Assembly (NCBI GenBank): GCA_973895155.1
Contig: OZ316892.1
Span: 21,267,619 to 21,331,618 of the forward strand
Source: Marsupella aquatica
Lineage: Eukaryota > Plantae > Marchantiophyta
Length of the DNA: 64,000 bases
Direction of reading: 5' to 3'
Numbering within the stretch: the stretch's first letter is position 1; the number at the start of each line of letters is the position of its first letter. Of the stretch, positions 1 through 11,889 are shown piece by piece. The notes beneath the pieces are model-generated. The model ran no database searches and had not been told where the DNA came from. It worked only from the letters and a program-made list of their open reading frames with translations. The position numbers and the translations under genes were made by a program.

Positions 1-753
1 TGTACTTCGAACTGACTGATTGAATTAGTGATCTCTGTACATTGTTGGTCCGTTGATCCTGTTTTGTCTCCGTAGACATTAGTTCAGTTATTTATAGTGA
101 CTCTCTTGAAATTGGACCGTGGTCGTTAAATTGACTGACAGATTCAATTATTGATGGATGGATTGATTGGCTCTTTCTACCTCTGTTTGCTGACTTCCTG
201 ATCTGCCTTGCAACCTAGGACTCTGGGTGGACATTTCACATTGTTATTCCCATGTTCTCCGTGGACATTGAATGCATTTATCGGTTCGCCCTCCTTTCTC
301 AATCGGGCAAATGTGGGCTTCAAGAAAACGTTTTCATTATAGTCCACTCTCATGGGAAAATGCACTAAGGCTACAGGGGTGACAAAAAATATGAGGCGGC
401 GATAGTGATGGACGCCAAGACCTCCCTGGGATTCTCTTCCTACCTTTCCTCTCAATATCTCCTGTTTTCGCCGAAGATTTCCTTCGGTCCGATTACCTCG
501 ACCGCTTTCCAGGTCTCTCGACTCAAAAGCACAGCGGGTGCAACGACAGTTGACAATGTCTGTCTAAATAAAACATCTTTATCGATAATTTACCTTAATG
601 TCAAATGGGAAATGTGATCATGGATTGAAAATGGAAGTTTTTGGAACGAAATGACGGTATAACAGGGAAAGAACTGCTGCTAGTTCCCGGTGTGAAAAGA
701 GGAGGTCAAGGAGCAGTGATTGGGTCACCTCAGCATTTTCTATTGTCCTAGTC

Positions 754-3700
754 ATGGCCACGCTTATTTGTGTTTGTGGTGTGGAGCAGCTTCTTCCCGC
801 TGTTCAGCTGCCGGATGCGCCTAGTACTTTGCAGGGCCCCTTTCAGCCGAGGACGATTCCTTTCAATGAATCACTAGGTTTCGGAAGTGAAGAGGTGAAT
901 GGAACAGATCCTCGTGTAGTGAGAAGGGTGACAGGATGGGGGCCAGAGCAAATTTCTTTGGCTCTTTCGACTCCAGACTCTATGTACGTCTCGTGGATCA
1001 CAGGTAATTTGCAGTGGCTGCCACGCTCTGTGCCTCCCCGTCAAGCGTGGGTTCCTTTTATTCCTGCAAGAAATCGGCTATATATAGTGTTCTATTTCCC
1101 ATAGGCAGTAAATGCCGAAAGGTTCTTTGGGGTGGACTTTTTTAATAGATTTCATTTTAGTCGCAAAGCATTGACAGCCTGAAAATGAAAATAGTTCACG
1201 CACGAATTTTGGGAAAGCTCAGCTTGGTCACGCACAAGGTTGTTGGACGAGTAAAACGAAGCAATGAACTTGCTTAGAGGCGGAGAACTGGTTTGGTTTG
1301 CGAGTGAGCACAAAGTGCGACGAGACTCATAATTGTGGAGGTGTGGTACAGGTGAGGCACGAATTGGATCCAGCATTGCACCTCTGGATCCAAGCACAGT
1401 GGCAACTAAAGTTCAATATGGTACCAAAAGTGGTGACCTGTCTCTCACTGCCGTTGGAACCAGCGAGGTTTACAATCAGCTATACCCTTATAAAGGGCTT
1501 GAGAATTATACATCTGGCATCATCCATCACGTGAAAATATATGGTAAACCCGTTATAGCCGCTTCGTTTATTACCTCTAGCTGATATTCAAATGCCGACT
1601 TCTGTGCGACCATTTCTCTTTATAAGTGAAGTTCTTGACCAGTTTTTGAGTTGTTTGAATTGTATTGACGGTGATAATTGTCTGTGGTCGAAGGATTGGA
1701 GCCAAATACAAAGTATTTCTACAGAGTTGGAGATCCCGCCATTCCAGCCCTAAGTAAGGAGCTCTCATTCAAAACTTTGCCAATTCCTGGGCCTGACAAC
1801 TTTCCTACATCTATTGCTGTCATTGGAGATTTGGGCCTGACATACAACTCCACATCCACAATTGACCATCTGATGCAGAATAACCCTGATCTCGTATTGA
1901 TGATTGGTGACATGGTTTATGCGGACCTGTATGTGACAAATGGCAGTGGTTCTTCTTCCTATAGCACGTCCTTTCCCAATACTCCAATTCACGAGACCTA
2001 CCAACCAAGATGGGATCTTTGGGGCAGGTACGTCAGCATCATCGCTCTTCTGCTGACCCATGCTTTGCGACCTGCAAGTATAACATTTCCCCATTTGAGT
2101 TCGTATTGGGACCAGGTCTACCATTCATTATAGCACATTTTCATTGCCTCTATGATTCAAAGATCACTGGTCAGAATACAAAGGAGCCACGTTGCGAATT
2201 GCTTTTAAAAGCATGTGGTACGCGCAAAGTCTGTTTTTGTTGAAGGCTGTACTTCGCTTCAGATTTCTGCATCGACTTGTGTGATCTACTCATTTCGCAG
2301 ACTATCTATGTGAAGGCACAGATTGTGTTCACGGAGAAGCAAATTCAGCTACTTGTTCTGACCGATCCAACTGTTAGTAATGTCCGGTTCTGACCTCAAA
2401 CTTCACATTTCAGATTCATGGAACCATTGACATCCGCTGTGCCATTCATGGTCATCGAAGGAAATCATGAGAAGGAACCGCAAGGAAATGGCGTAACTTT
2501 TGCTTCCTATCAAGCGCGGTTTTCTGTACCCTTCAGGGAGAGTGGATCGCCAAATGCCTTTTACTACTCTTTCAACGCTGGGGGTATCCACTTTTTGATG
2601 CTCGGAGCCTATATTGACTACAGCAAGACCAGTAGGTATCGTTGCCCTTTCTGTGAGCAAAGTCTTGTTCATATTAAATCGAAATTTTCTTTGGTTTGCA
2701 TGAGTATTTTCGCCGAGCCTGAAAGGTAATCGTATCCACCACGACTTAAGCATTGATCTAGCGTCGTGTTCGAATGCGATGTGCAGGTGAACAGTATGCT
2801 TGGATTGAGAAGGACCTTGCACAAGTGAATCGGAGTGCAACACCTTGGCTTATAGCTACATGGCACCCACCCTGGTATAACAGCTATGTTGCACATTATC
2901 GCGAGGTGGAGTGTATGCGAGTTTCCATGGAGGAGCTTCTTTACAAAAATGGTGTCGATTTGGTCATAAACGGACATGTATGACCCAGATTTTTCCCATC
3001 ACCTTATGTTAGATTAGTAGGACTTGGAGTGAAGACTTCAGCTCCACGCTGAAGTTGGGGATGGCCGGTGTGGATTTGCTTGCACTGAGAGGAGTTGAAG
3101 TTAGCAGTTCATCTTGAATGGGTCTTATGAAGCTGAATGTCTCGCTCTTTTGGAGAGACTAGAGCTGCAAAGTGATCTACAATTTTCTGCACCTTACGAT
3201 AGTCTTTAATGCAGCTTCATAACCTGACGTTTAGTCGCAATACTGGATTTTTCTGTTAAAGTGATGTCCCTGATACAGGTTGTCTTCTCCTCTTGTGTTT
3301 CTTCAGGTTCATGCATATGAAAGGATGAATAGGGTGTACAACTACACCTTGGACGACTGTGCCCCAGTACATATCATAGTTGGTGATGGTGGCAATCATG
3401 AAAAGTTTTCATTGCCGCATGCTGATGAGCCGAGGCAGTGTCCTAGACATCCTGAGACGGGGGGTGATGACATTGGTGGCTACTGCGGGTTCCCCTTTAG
3501 CTCAGGGCCTGCAGCAGGCCAGTATTGTTGGGATAGACAACCTGAGTGGAGTGCCATGCGAGAGACCAGTTTTGGCCATGGTATTATAAATGTAAGTGTG
3601 TCCTTGAATGAGATAATAAATCATTTACAGACTTTCAGAGTTAGTAAAAAGTTGAGTGGCCGCCGAATCTTCTGTCAGAGTGGAGAGCGTACTCGAAGAG

Positions 3701-3928
3701 AACTATGGACCGAAGCGAAGATGGTGTTGAGTTCAGAGATTGTGTTTCTTCCTTCATTTGATTATGATTTGATGTATGTTTTGGATTTGATGTTACTATG
3801 ACCAGGTGGTGAACAGCACACATCTGATTTGGACATGGCATCGCAATCAAGATCTTTTCAATGGGATCGGGGATCAAGTCTACATTGTTCGGCAACCTGG
3901 AATTTGTCACAACCAGCCCCAAGCATGA
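754..3928 (+). CDS. Purple acid phosphatase (PAP15/PAP13/PAP23 phytase-like clade), 7 exons
   Basis: Exons 754-1003, 1352-1543, 1694-2027, 2414-2631, 2787-2977, 3307-3591 and 3806-3928 join in frame through GT-AG introns. All five metal-ligand motifs are present: GDLG, GDMVY, GNHE, ATWH and GHVH. The N-terminal PSTLQGPF..PEQISLAL and C-terminal WTWHRNQD..GDQVYIVRQP blocks are typical of this clade. The start codon is uncertain because a short upstream exon is possible. Confidence 0.93.
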
Positions 3929-6307
3929 GCTGCATTTGCAATTTTGCGTACATAATTTAAACGTTGTCTGATCACCGGGGCATTGTCAAGGTGCAGACGA
4001 GAGAGACGACATTCAAAGTGTCTTTGAAGCGCAGCCACACTATTTTGATCTAGTTTTGAACCTGAGGTAGGGTCGAGTCGGGCGACTTGCAGATCTGCAA
4101 AACCGGAAATAGAAAATGGCGGCAAAGATGGTGGACAACACAGCAGGGACGAGTCAAAGCTGGGGTTAGAGGAATATGATCGCTCTTGAATTTGCAATTT
4201 TCTTATGAAAGTTTTCTTTTGTGCCAAGTTGTACAGCACAAGGAGTTCGAGATGAACACCATGAATGGGCCGACAGTGAAAAGCAAGGCATTCCATTGCC
4301 TGACGATAAATTGTGATGAGACTACCGAATTAGATTCTCTTGAAGGCATCATTGGTAGCCGAATACACGAATTCTTGTGCTTGGGTTTTTACAAGAAGTT
4401 CAATTTTTTTGGGCACCAGCCTGCTGCACTTCTTGTGATTGATCTTGGCCCGGCGAACCCATTGTTTTATCTGTTTTTTTGTTCGTGTCTGGAAAGGAAG
4501 GTCCATTGTCCATCCTGACAGTAGGGGGATGATAATAACACCAAGCAAACAAAGCTGATCCTGCTGAGGAGTTCTCTCACCGAATAGCGTGGAGGTGAAA
4601 ACATAAATTCAAACGACAAGCTATTGAAAGACTCTGGAATAGAAAAGTTGTATATATACATTGCCAAAGAACAAAAAGCTCCAAACCATGACACGGGATC
4701 CCGGAGGCCGAGAGTACCCAATAAAGGGGAGGACACAGGGAAATATTCTTTCCTTTGTTTGTGTATTGTTGCGGCGCAATCTTTTAAGGTTTTGGGGGAT
4801 TAGCTACAGTTAATTGTAGCGCTGCCAGCTCTTTTGGGAGGAGTACGTAACTTAATTTTTTTTATTTTACAACTTGAACTGCATACAGAGGCCTTCTATT
4901 GCAATGCATTAGTTCTTAACTTTGAACAAGTTGACGGCAGGTGGAGACTCCAACTCATAAGTAGATAAGTCCATGTACAGGCAAGTGGGAAATCTTTTTA
5001 GGTAACTGTGTAAAAAGTTATGGCCAGATATATATGGCATTCCCCACTACATAATTCTCCACAGCATACATAATTCTCCACAGCCATACATCGAGCTACA
5101 GAATGAGTTGCAATCGCAAACCTAGACTACTTCACAGGGTTTACTCACAATACGATGGCAGGAAACGAGCGGCCCTCATCATTTTTCTTCACTCCCTTAT
5201 AGAAAGGCCGACTTTTGAATGTGCGTCCCCCACATTATAGCACCGTTTCTGCGTCCCTCTTCTAGTTGTTGTTTCCCAACATTACAGCTCCGTTTCTGCA
5301 CCTCTCATCTAGTAGTTGTTTTTCCTGATATAACAAATAGACAGCTTTTACCGTCCTAGTGTACTTCAATCACAATTTGAGCGTTAGAATTAACTAGCTT
5401 AAAATTAGGTGTTACCAATCTTAAGGCTCATGATTTCAAAATATTGCTTTGAAGAAACGTAAGCCTGGACAATCGGACGTGGAAGATTGTGATCCGTGCT
5501 GGACTATTTGACTGCCATTAGATGAATGCCATCAAGAAGACTGAAAATATATATCGTCTTCAATTACCTGCGTCCAAAGAATAGAGTGTTGTTCTGTGAA
5601 AGATATTTATGTCACTGAGGACCCCTGTTGGTTTCCAGGTAGAACAATTACTCCCGCACAACCAAATCCAGACTAACGAATCCCTGCCTGAACATTCTGG
5701 TATGTATAAAAGAAGAACAATACAGCTTTGGTTGTAATGCAGGATCCAGAAAACTTCAGAATCGCTCTTTTACAGGTTACAACGCCAACACTTTAGAGTT
5801 GAACAAGTTCTCCAAGAGATTCACCAAGCTCTAGGTGGAGAAGTCAGAATAAATGATATCAATAGCTCATTTGATGATCTTGATAGAAAATAGAGCAGAA
5901 CCAGACTCTAGAGACAGTTGTTCCGCTTCACATACACATAATTTCATCACTAATCCGATAGAATCTGGGAATCCCGCAACTTGAATCCTCGAATGCATGC
6001 CTCGATGTCTCCATTGGCAACTTTGACGACGTGGATGACATAGCCACGAGTGAATTGATCATTGCAAGTCGGCTGGTCCACAAATTTGACCACAAGCTTT
6101 CGAATGTATAAGTCAGTCAGTTCACCAGACCCGTCCTGAATATAATCCTATCCTTCCACCACTCGTTCCCTCCCACCCTCATTGATGTGCAAAACCTAGC
6201 CAGTTTCTTGTGCACCTATGTCGTGTACTCCTCTTACTGAGGAGTTCTAAAATTATAGGAACTATCAAGATAAATTAAATAAACATTCCAGCAAGTGGCT
6301 GAGCTGA

Positions 6308-9300
6308 TCAATGAACATCTCCTGGAACGAAATCGTCCACTTCAGACCTTCTCCTCCCATGGGTCTGCCACTTTGCTTGCCCACTCTGATCCCTGATAGG
6401 ATCTGAGTCTGCACTGACAATGCTGCGAAGGGCAGGAACTCGAGTCCCGAGAGTCTTGTAAAGGCGAGCATATCTAGCCCTGATTCCATCAGCTGTCCTG
6501 GCCATGGCTAGGTTAGAGAAGGCTTCAGGAACTCGAGACAAAATTTGCCTTATCTCTTCCAGTGACAGCCCATTCAGGGCGGAAGGCGCAGGAACTACAG
6601 CAACAATCTCTTTGCTGTTCTTATCCCCTAGTTTTGCTACTGCCTTCACTACCAGATCCAAAGTTGGTGTCGCCCCGCACTTAATCACCAACGGTGTTGA
6701 GGTTCCATTATTGAATTGCAATACACTCCACTGCACCACATCACCGTCCATATCTTCAGTTTTGTCCGACAACGCTTCACCAGCATCAATTGATCCTTGC
6801 CTGGTCAAATGATGGTTTCCAAACTCTTGAATAGAGTCCACTGCTTTTTGAACCTCAGCTATGGATTTCTGGGCACAAGCATAGTCAATTGGAAGGAGAG
6901 TTGGCATTCTTTCAGAAAGTGTGCTCATGCGACTTATTAATGACTTCTTCAAGGCATTACTTGGTGGTTTCCCTCTTGCATCTCTCACAATTTCGTCAGC
7001 TTGTTTCAAGATATCCTCCAGAGAGACCAGAGAGGCTACTCGAGCGTCCTCATTGGCAGATGACGGGGTCCGGAAAGGTGAGCCACCCTCTTCTTTAGTC
7101 AAAAGAGCTACGTCAGATCGCATTTGCTGCATGACCTTTCTCCGCTTGTGCTCTACAGATTCAAGGCCAGAACGCAATTGTGCAACTTGAGGTACATCAT
7201 CAGCCTCTTCCGTTGCCAAAGTTGCAGCGACGTCCTTTAGATGCTGTAACTCTGTCGAGTATGTGAGCTTTGTATAATCCGACAGCAACTGTCCGAGGGC
7301 GTCGGTACTAGGTCGTTGGGGCACACCAAGACCAGACATCCATCCATCCATGATTGCAGTAGAAAGCAGCTCAAGCTGCCCCTCAACCACACCATCACTA
7401 CTCATGCCCGCTAGAGGGTCAAAGTTCTGAGATAACCAAGAGCGAATCTGACGTTGAAGTTCACCAGCAGGTGTATGAACGAAGAGGGCAGCAAGTGCTT
7501 TGTTCCCAACTGCATATTGCCTCGCTTCGTCACTAGTCTCCCTGAGTCTTCCTCCGGTCACTGGTTGGGGTGAACCTAACTGATCATTTCCCCTGAACTT
7601 ACCAAAGAATGAGGAGATTTTCGATTTCTTTTCCGAACCAAGATTGACTTTGAACCTTGGCACGTTGTCATCCAGTCCGGACTTAGAGTGAAATACTAGT
7701 GGAGAACGAGCTGGGCTGTCCTCACGACTACTAGGTTTGCGTGTAAGGCTTCCACCTCCAGCTCTTTCAAGAAATCTTTCTACAGGAGGCAGCTGAATAG
7801 ATTGTAGCTCACTAGAGCGAGAGCATAGTGATCTTATGTACAAAATCCGCACCCGTGAGACTAGCATGGTGTCCATGGCTGCTCTGGACTCCATTTTCCG
7901 GATAAAAGTGAAGACAGCATCCCGGATTTCTGCCAGCATCTCATGCTCTCGAGCTGCACCTGCTTTTATCACTGCTGCAAGAACAAGCATAAGGAGTTTA
8001 TTGGCTCCGTCACCAACTGCAGCAGGACTGTCGTACTGATCGGGATTGAAATCCAAAAGAGCTGCACTCAAGTACTCTCCAGCTGGAGTGCTTTTAACAT
8101 TAAGAACAGCAGAGGATCCCGTAGGAACCATTGCGCCAGATGTTGATTCTTGACCCCTCTCCCCAGCAGGACGGCTGCTGCCATTCTCGCTTGAATCCTT
8201 TGCATCTCCACGCTCAGATTCTTTGACAGGAGACTCAGTTGGCTTTGCAGTGAGTCGTTCGAACAGCTTCTCATTCTCTTCGTGAAGCCGTTCAATCAGC
8301 TCATCTCTCTTACTTAACTCTTCCTCCAGTCTCTTATTGAGAGCGGCCGTCTCGGCTACAGCCTGCTTTGCTATTATCAATTCCTCTTCTTGAGCTGGCG
8401 TGTTTGCTGCCACTTTATCCACCTCCTTGGACTTCTCTTCTTCGGAAGCTTTCTGCAAGGCGTTCAGTAGGATCAAGCATTGACTGTCAGCCTCTTTCAA
8501 AGATTTCTCCAGCCTTGCATTCTCCTCTTCAAGCCTCGTGAGTTCACTTAGTTTCTCCGCCAACCCTTCACCGCCATTGTCATCCTCTAGGCTTTTCGGT
8601 TTATTGCGAGCATGAACTCCAAAGTTGACAGATGCCAACGTCTCAGGCAGGTCTATAGCGCATGGGCACACGTTCACAATGAGGACAGTCTTCGCATCTC
8701 CACCGACAGAGTCAGCAAGTACACTCGTCAACAACGAATTCCCATATGGAGGCTCATCTTTAGCAGCCACTGCTGCAAGGACATCACCGAGAGCTGCCAA
8801 CGTGGCTTCTACGTTCAGGTGGTCATCACTTGCTGGCAGATCCACGAAAGAGACTTTACTGTGATACTTCTCTCGCAGAAGGGTGTTGACATACTGAATG
8901 TGGATTGTCAAAAGGACAGAGCTGCCACTATCCTGGTAAGAGTAATTGTCGCCCATCCGTTTCCTCGCCCCGTTGTCAAAATATCTAGCGAAATCTCTGA
9001 CGTTGTCGATCTTCTCTCCCACAAGTTTCAACTGACTAGCATCGCCCATTTCCACGGCTGTTGCTCTATCTGAACCTGGTGCATTTGAGAGCAAATCTCT
9101 AACCTTGTCATCGTGCAATTCCACCATTGTCATGTGAAAGATTGTCCTTGCTGCCGGGGATGCATCAGCACTGGACAGATGGAATAGCTCCTCAACAGCT
9201 CTCAAGATAATGCCAGGATCCCCACTCGTTCCTTCAAGGGTGTACGTCTTCCCTGCTCCTGACTGACCGTAGGCGAATAAAGACACGTTGTTGCCATCCA

Positions 9301-9919
9301 GAGCGGACTGAATCGTGGGTTGGACATCATTGAAGATGTCTTCCTGCCCAACATGTGGAGCATAGACCCGGTCGAACTCGAATTGCTTTTCCGTGGCACC
9401 AGTCTTCCCTGAAGAAGGGATCCTCAGCCGAATCATGGAGTCATTGGGGAAAGAAGTTATCACCGTACCTTCCTCTTCGAATTCGGGTCGCACTCGACAG
9501 AACACTCGCCCATTGCCTTTCCCGGCCAAAAGCTTGTTCAACAGCTTCTTCCTCTCATTTTTCAGAGGGGTGACGCGAGCTTCCCACTCGACCGCTACTT
9601 GGTCAAGTTTGCGGGCTTTCTCCGAAAGGACACCGAGATATCTCGTGGCTCTGGTTATCTTTACAGACGAATACTCCTGCAGATCACTGGCTTCCTGTCT
9701 CAGCTCCAGACACTCCAGACGAGCGCTAGAAAGCCTGTCCCTAAGGGCCAAGATTTTATTCGTAACACCGGGAGGAAACGATTTCTGGCCAGACTTTCGA
9801 GTGGATTGACTCTTCATGTCGTTAGTTTTATCACTAGACAGCTGATAGTCGGGCTTCTGCCGAGGCTCCCATGACGTCGAGTTCATGCTCCAAGAATTCC
9901 TCAAACCTGCTTCGGCCAT
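6308..9919 (-). CDS. KAC: Kinesin-14 KAC/KCA-family protein (kinesin-like protein for actin-based chloroplast movement), intronless CDS, 1203 aa
   Basis: Single ORF. N-terminal CLELRQEASDLQEYS..TRYLGVL coiled coil, motor domain with P-loop GQSGAGKT, LEEELSKRDELIERLHEENEKLF, and the KAC C-terminal domain (VKSTPAGEYL, ANKLLMLVLAAVIKAGA, LFVHTPAGELQRQIRSWL, QLELLSTAIMDGWM, LAMARTADG.RARYARLY). Confidence 0.95.
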   Translation of the reverse strand: MAEAGLRNSWSMNSTSWEPRQKPDYQLSSDKTNDMKSQSTRKSGQKSFPPGVTNKILALRDRLSSARLECLELRQEASDLQEYSSVKITRATRYLGVLSEKARKLDQVAVEWEARVTPLKNERKKLLNKLLAGKGNGRVFCRVRPEFEEEGTVITSFPNDSMIRLRIPSSGKTGATEKQFEFDRVYAPHVGQEDIFNDVQPTIQSALDGNNVSLFAYGQSGAGKTYTLEGTSGDPGIILRAVEELFHLSSADASPAARTIFHMTMVELHDDKVRDLLSNAPGSDRATAVEMGDASQLKLVGEKIDNVRDFARYFDNGARKRMGDNYSYQDSGSSVLLTIHIQYVNTLLREKYHSKVSFVDLPASDDHLNVEATLAALGDVLAAVAAKDEPPYGNSLLTSVLADSVGGDAKTVLIVNVCPCAIDLPETLASVNFGVHARNKPKSLEDDNGGEGLAEKLSELTRLEEENARLEKSLKEADSQCLILLNALQKASEEEKSKEVDKVAANTPAQEEELIIAKQAVAETAALNKRLEEELSKRDELIERLHEENEKLFERLTAKPTESPVKESERGDAKDSSENGSSRPAGERGQESTSGAMVPTGSSAVLNVKSTPAGEYLSAALLDFNPDQYDSPAAVGDGANKLLMLVLAAVIKAGAAREHEMLAEIRDAVFTFIRKMESRAAMDTMLVSRVRILYIRSLCSRSSELQSIQLPPVERFLERAGGGSLTRKPSSREDSPARSPLVFHSKSGLDDNVPRFKVNLGSEKKSKISSFFGKFRGNDQLGSPQPVTGGRLRETSDEARQYAVGNKALAALFVHTPAGELQRQIRSWLSQNFDPLAGMSSDGVVEGQLELLSTAIMDGWMSGLGVPQRPSTDALGQLLSDYTKLTYSTELQHLKDVAATLATEEADDVPQVAQLRSGLESVEHKRRKVMQQMRSDVALLTKEEGGSPFRTPSSANEDARVASLVSLEDILKQADEIVRDARGKPPSNALKKSLISRMSTLSERMPTLLPIDYACAQKSIAEVQKAVDSIQEFGNHHLTRQGSIDAGEALSDKTEDMDGDVVQWSVLQFNNGTSTPLVIKCGATPTLDLVVKAVAKLGDKNSKEIVAVVPAPSALNGLSLEEIRQILSRVPEAFSNLAMARTADGIRARYARLYKTLGTRVPALRSIVSADSDPIRDQSGQAKWQTHGRRRSEVDDFVPGDVH

Positions 9920-11660
9920 CTTTACCCTTCTCAGAGTTCTCCAATCCGATGGTGAAGAGGAGGAAAGGACAAGTAGAGTCTTGAGTGACTCGTCCTTAGT
10001 ACACCCCTTAAGTGCAAGACATAAGTAAGACGAGATTCCCCAGGAAGTCCTTCCAAGCCTACCGGCTGTCCATCTGATTGCCTGTTGATCTCCTCATCGG
10101 GCAGCACTAGCATGCTAACTGAGAAACTTGCCCACAGACGAGAGTAACTTGTCAGCCAATCGCTTCCACAACATCCGATTCCACCGAATCCATCTTAATA
10201 CGCTCCAAAATCCAAACGGCTGAGAAAGGTAAAGATCACCACCAGCCATCATTTCAGAAAGAGATCGTAACAAACAGTCTACTACGAACTGAGAATGGCT
10301 CTATACGCACCTCCTCCTCGCCTGATCACATCGAGCGTCACGTCTTACTACAATGAAACTTCACGCGCAGGGAGCGAGGGTCTGAGAAGGTTCCCTGAAA
10401 CGTCCAGGCCTACAGAGATTAAATAGGGAAGATGATTACGAAAGACAGGCAGGACGGCAGCTGCACGACAATTTCTACACAGGAAAAACCCTCAAGCTAC
10501 GGAGAGTGATTATCACTCGGTGGTGAAGCACTGCGAAGGAAGCAGAAAGACCTAAAGGACAATGAATATCCAATGTATACGAGGCACGGTCCAAATTCAA
10601 CCACAATCTCAATGCGGTAAAAATGGCGGGAGAGAAGCACGCTCGGACTTCTCCAGCTCCTAACTCGTAACCCTTCAGAAACAGAGTAGAAAAATCGCGA
10701 CCCTCGGTCAAGCACTCGGCACGATAAGGCCCCTCCGCGCGAGAGATGGGCGGGAACAAAGAAACAGTGCAAACGCAGAGAGGCTCCGGCTGCAACAGTT
10801 TGAAAGGTAGCTTAACAATCTGCGCCAGTTCGACGCAAAAGTAGCACGGCAACAGAACCATAAGAGGTGGCATTTAGATCCTCATACAGTGACGGCTTAT
10901 TCCTTACTCGAGTGCCAGGGTACCTTTACGACACCTTGCACAAACCAATCTTATTCTAGCTCAATCGCACTTAAACCCTCGCGACGGAGATACAACCCCG
11001 CCATGCGGACGGCAGCACCAAGCTCAATAATGTCCCGTCCGTGCACACACTACTTCGGACGAACAAGCAGACCATGAACTACATTATCACCCGTTACAGC
11101 ATTCCCACGGCGCCATAATGAGGGACCACCGCAGCGACCGTAGATAAATCTATCAATCAATCAATCCATCCATAGCGCGGACCGGACCAGCCAATTCCGT
11201 CCCGTCCGCTCACTGCAACTGTTTTCGAGAAACGTACCAAAGGTGCCTGCACACACTCGACCGTTCACTCCAATCCCTCCAGTACCCGCCCTACGACATG
11301 CTCAAATCTCCTGCCGACGAAGAAGAAGTACATGAAAGAAAGAGTGGGAAGAAATGCGCATAAAGTGGTACTTCCCCGTCCGCAAACCAACGTATTAACC
11401 TCTTTTCTTTTCCTCTCCTCTCACTCACACGACCACTCACTCCCTCACCACGAAGTTCCGTCACTCAAACTCCTCTACCACATCACTCAGCTCACTCAAT
11501 CAGATCAATGCATCCAAAAAACAAAAGGAAGGACTCGGCACATACCATTTCCTCTGGGGAATCCTCCACCGACGCAAGACCTAATCCCATCCTGGCACCC
11601 GGTCTACCGCCTGCCCGTCTGTCCCCTTCCTCCCGTCCTCACGTCGCGCACTCCCGCTGG

Positions 11661-11715
11661 TCTCGTCTCGTCTCGTCTCGTCTCGTCTCGTCTCGTCTCC
11701 TCGTCTGGTCTGGTC
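11661..11715. repeat. (TCTCG)n microsatellite
   Basis: About 7 perfect TCTCG units followed by degenerate units, upstream of KAC. Confidence 0.9.
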
Positions 11716-11865
11716 TTTCCTGTCCTCGTGCATTTCCTGCCAACTCCGATGCCACCACCGTGGGGTAGAGACTGAGAGGCCGAGCTGAGCTGAGCCCCGA
11801 TTGATTGCTCGCTCACTGATCCCGCCAGTCTGACCAAAGACAGCAGCAGAGCGAGCAGACTACAC

Positions 11866-11889
11866 CAGCAGCAGCAGCAGCAGCAGCAG
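11866..11889. repeat. (CAG)8 microsatellite
   Basis: Perfect CAG run in the probable KAC 5' UTR region. Confidence 0.9.

Noticed and set aside
5049-5090. 19-bp tandem duplication acataattctccacagc
   Set aside because: Ordinary slippage duplication in intergenic DNA
6504-9874. Many plus-strand ORFs overlapping KAC
   Set aside because: Antisense shadows of a long coding sequence with no independent motifs
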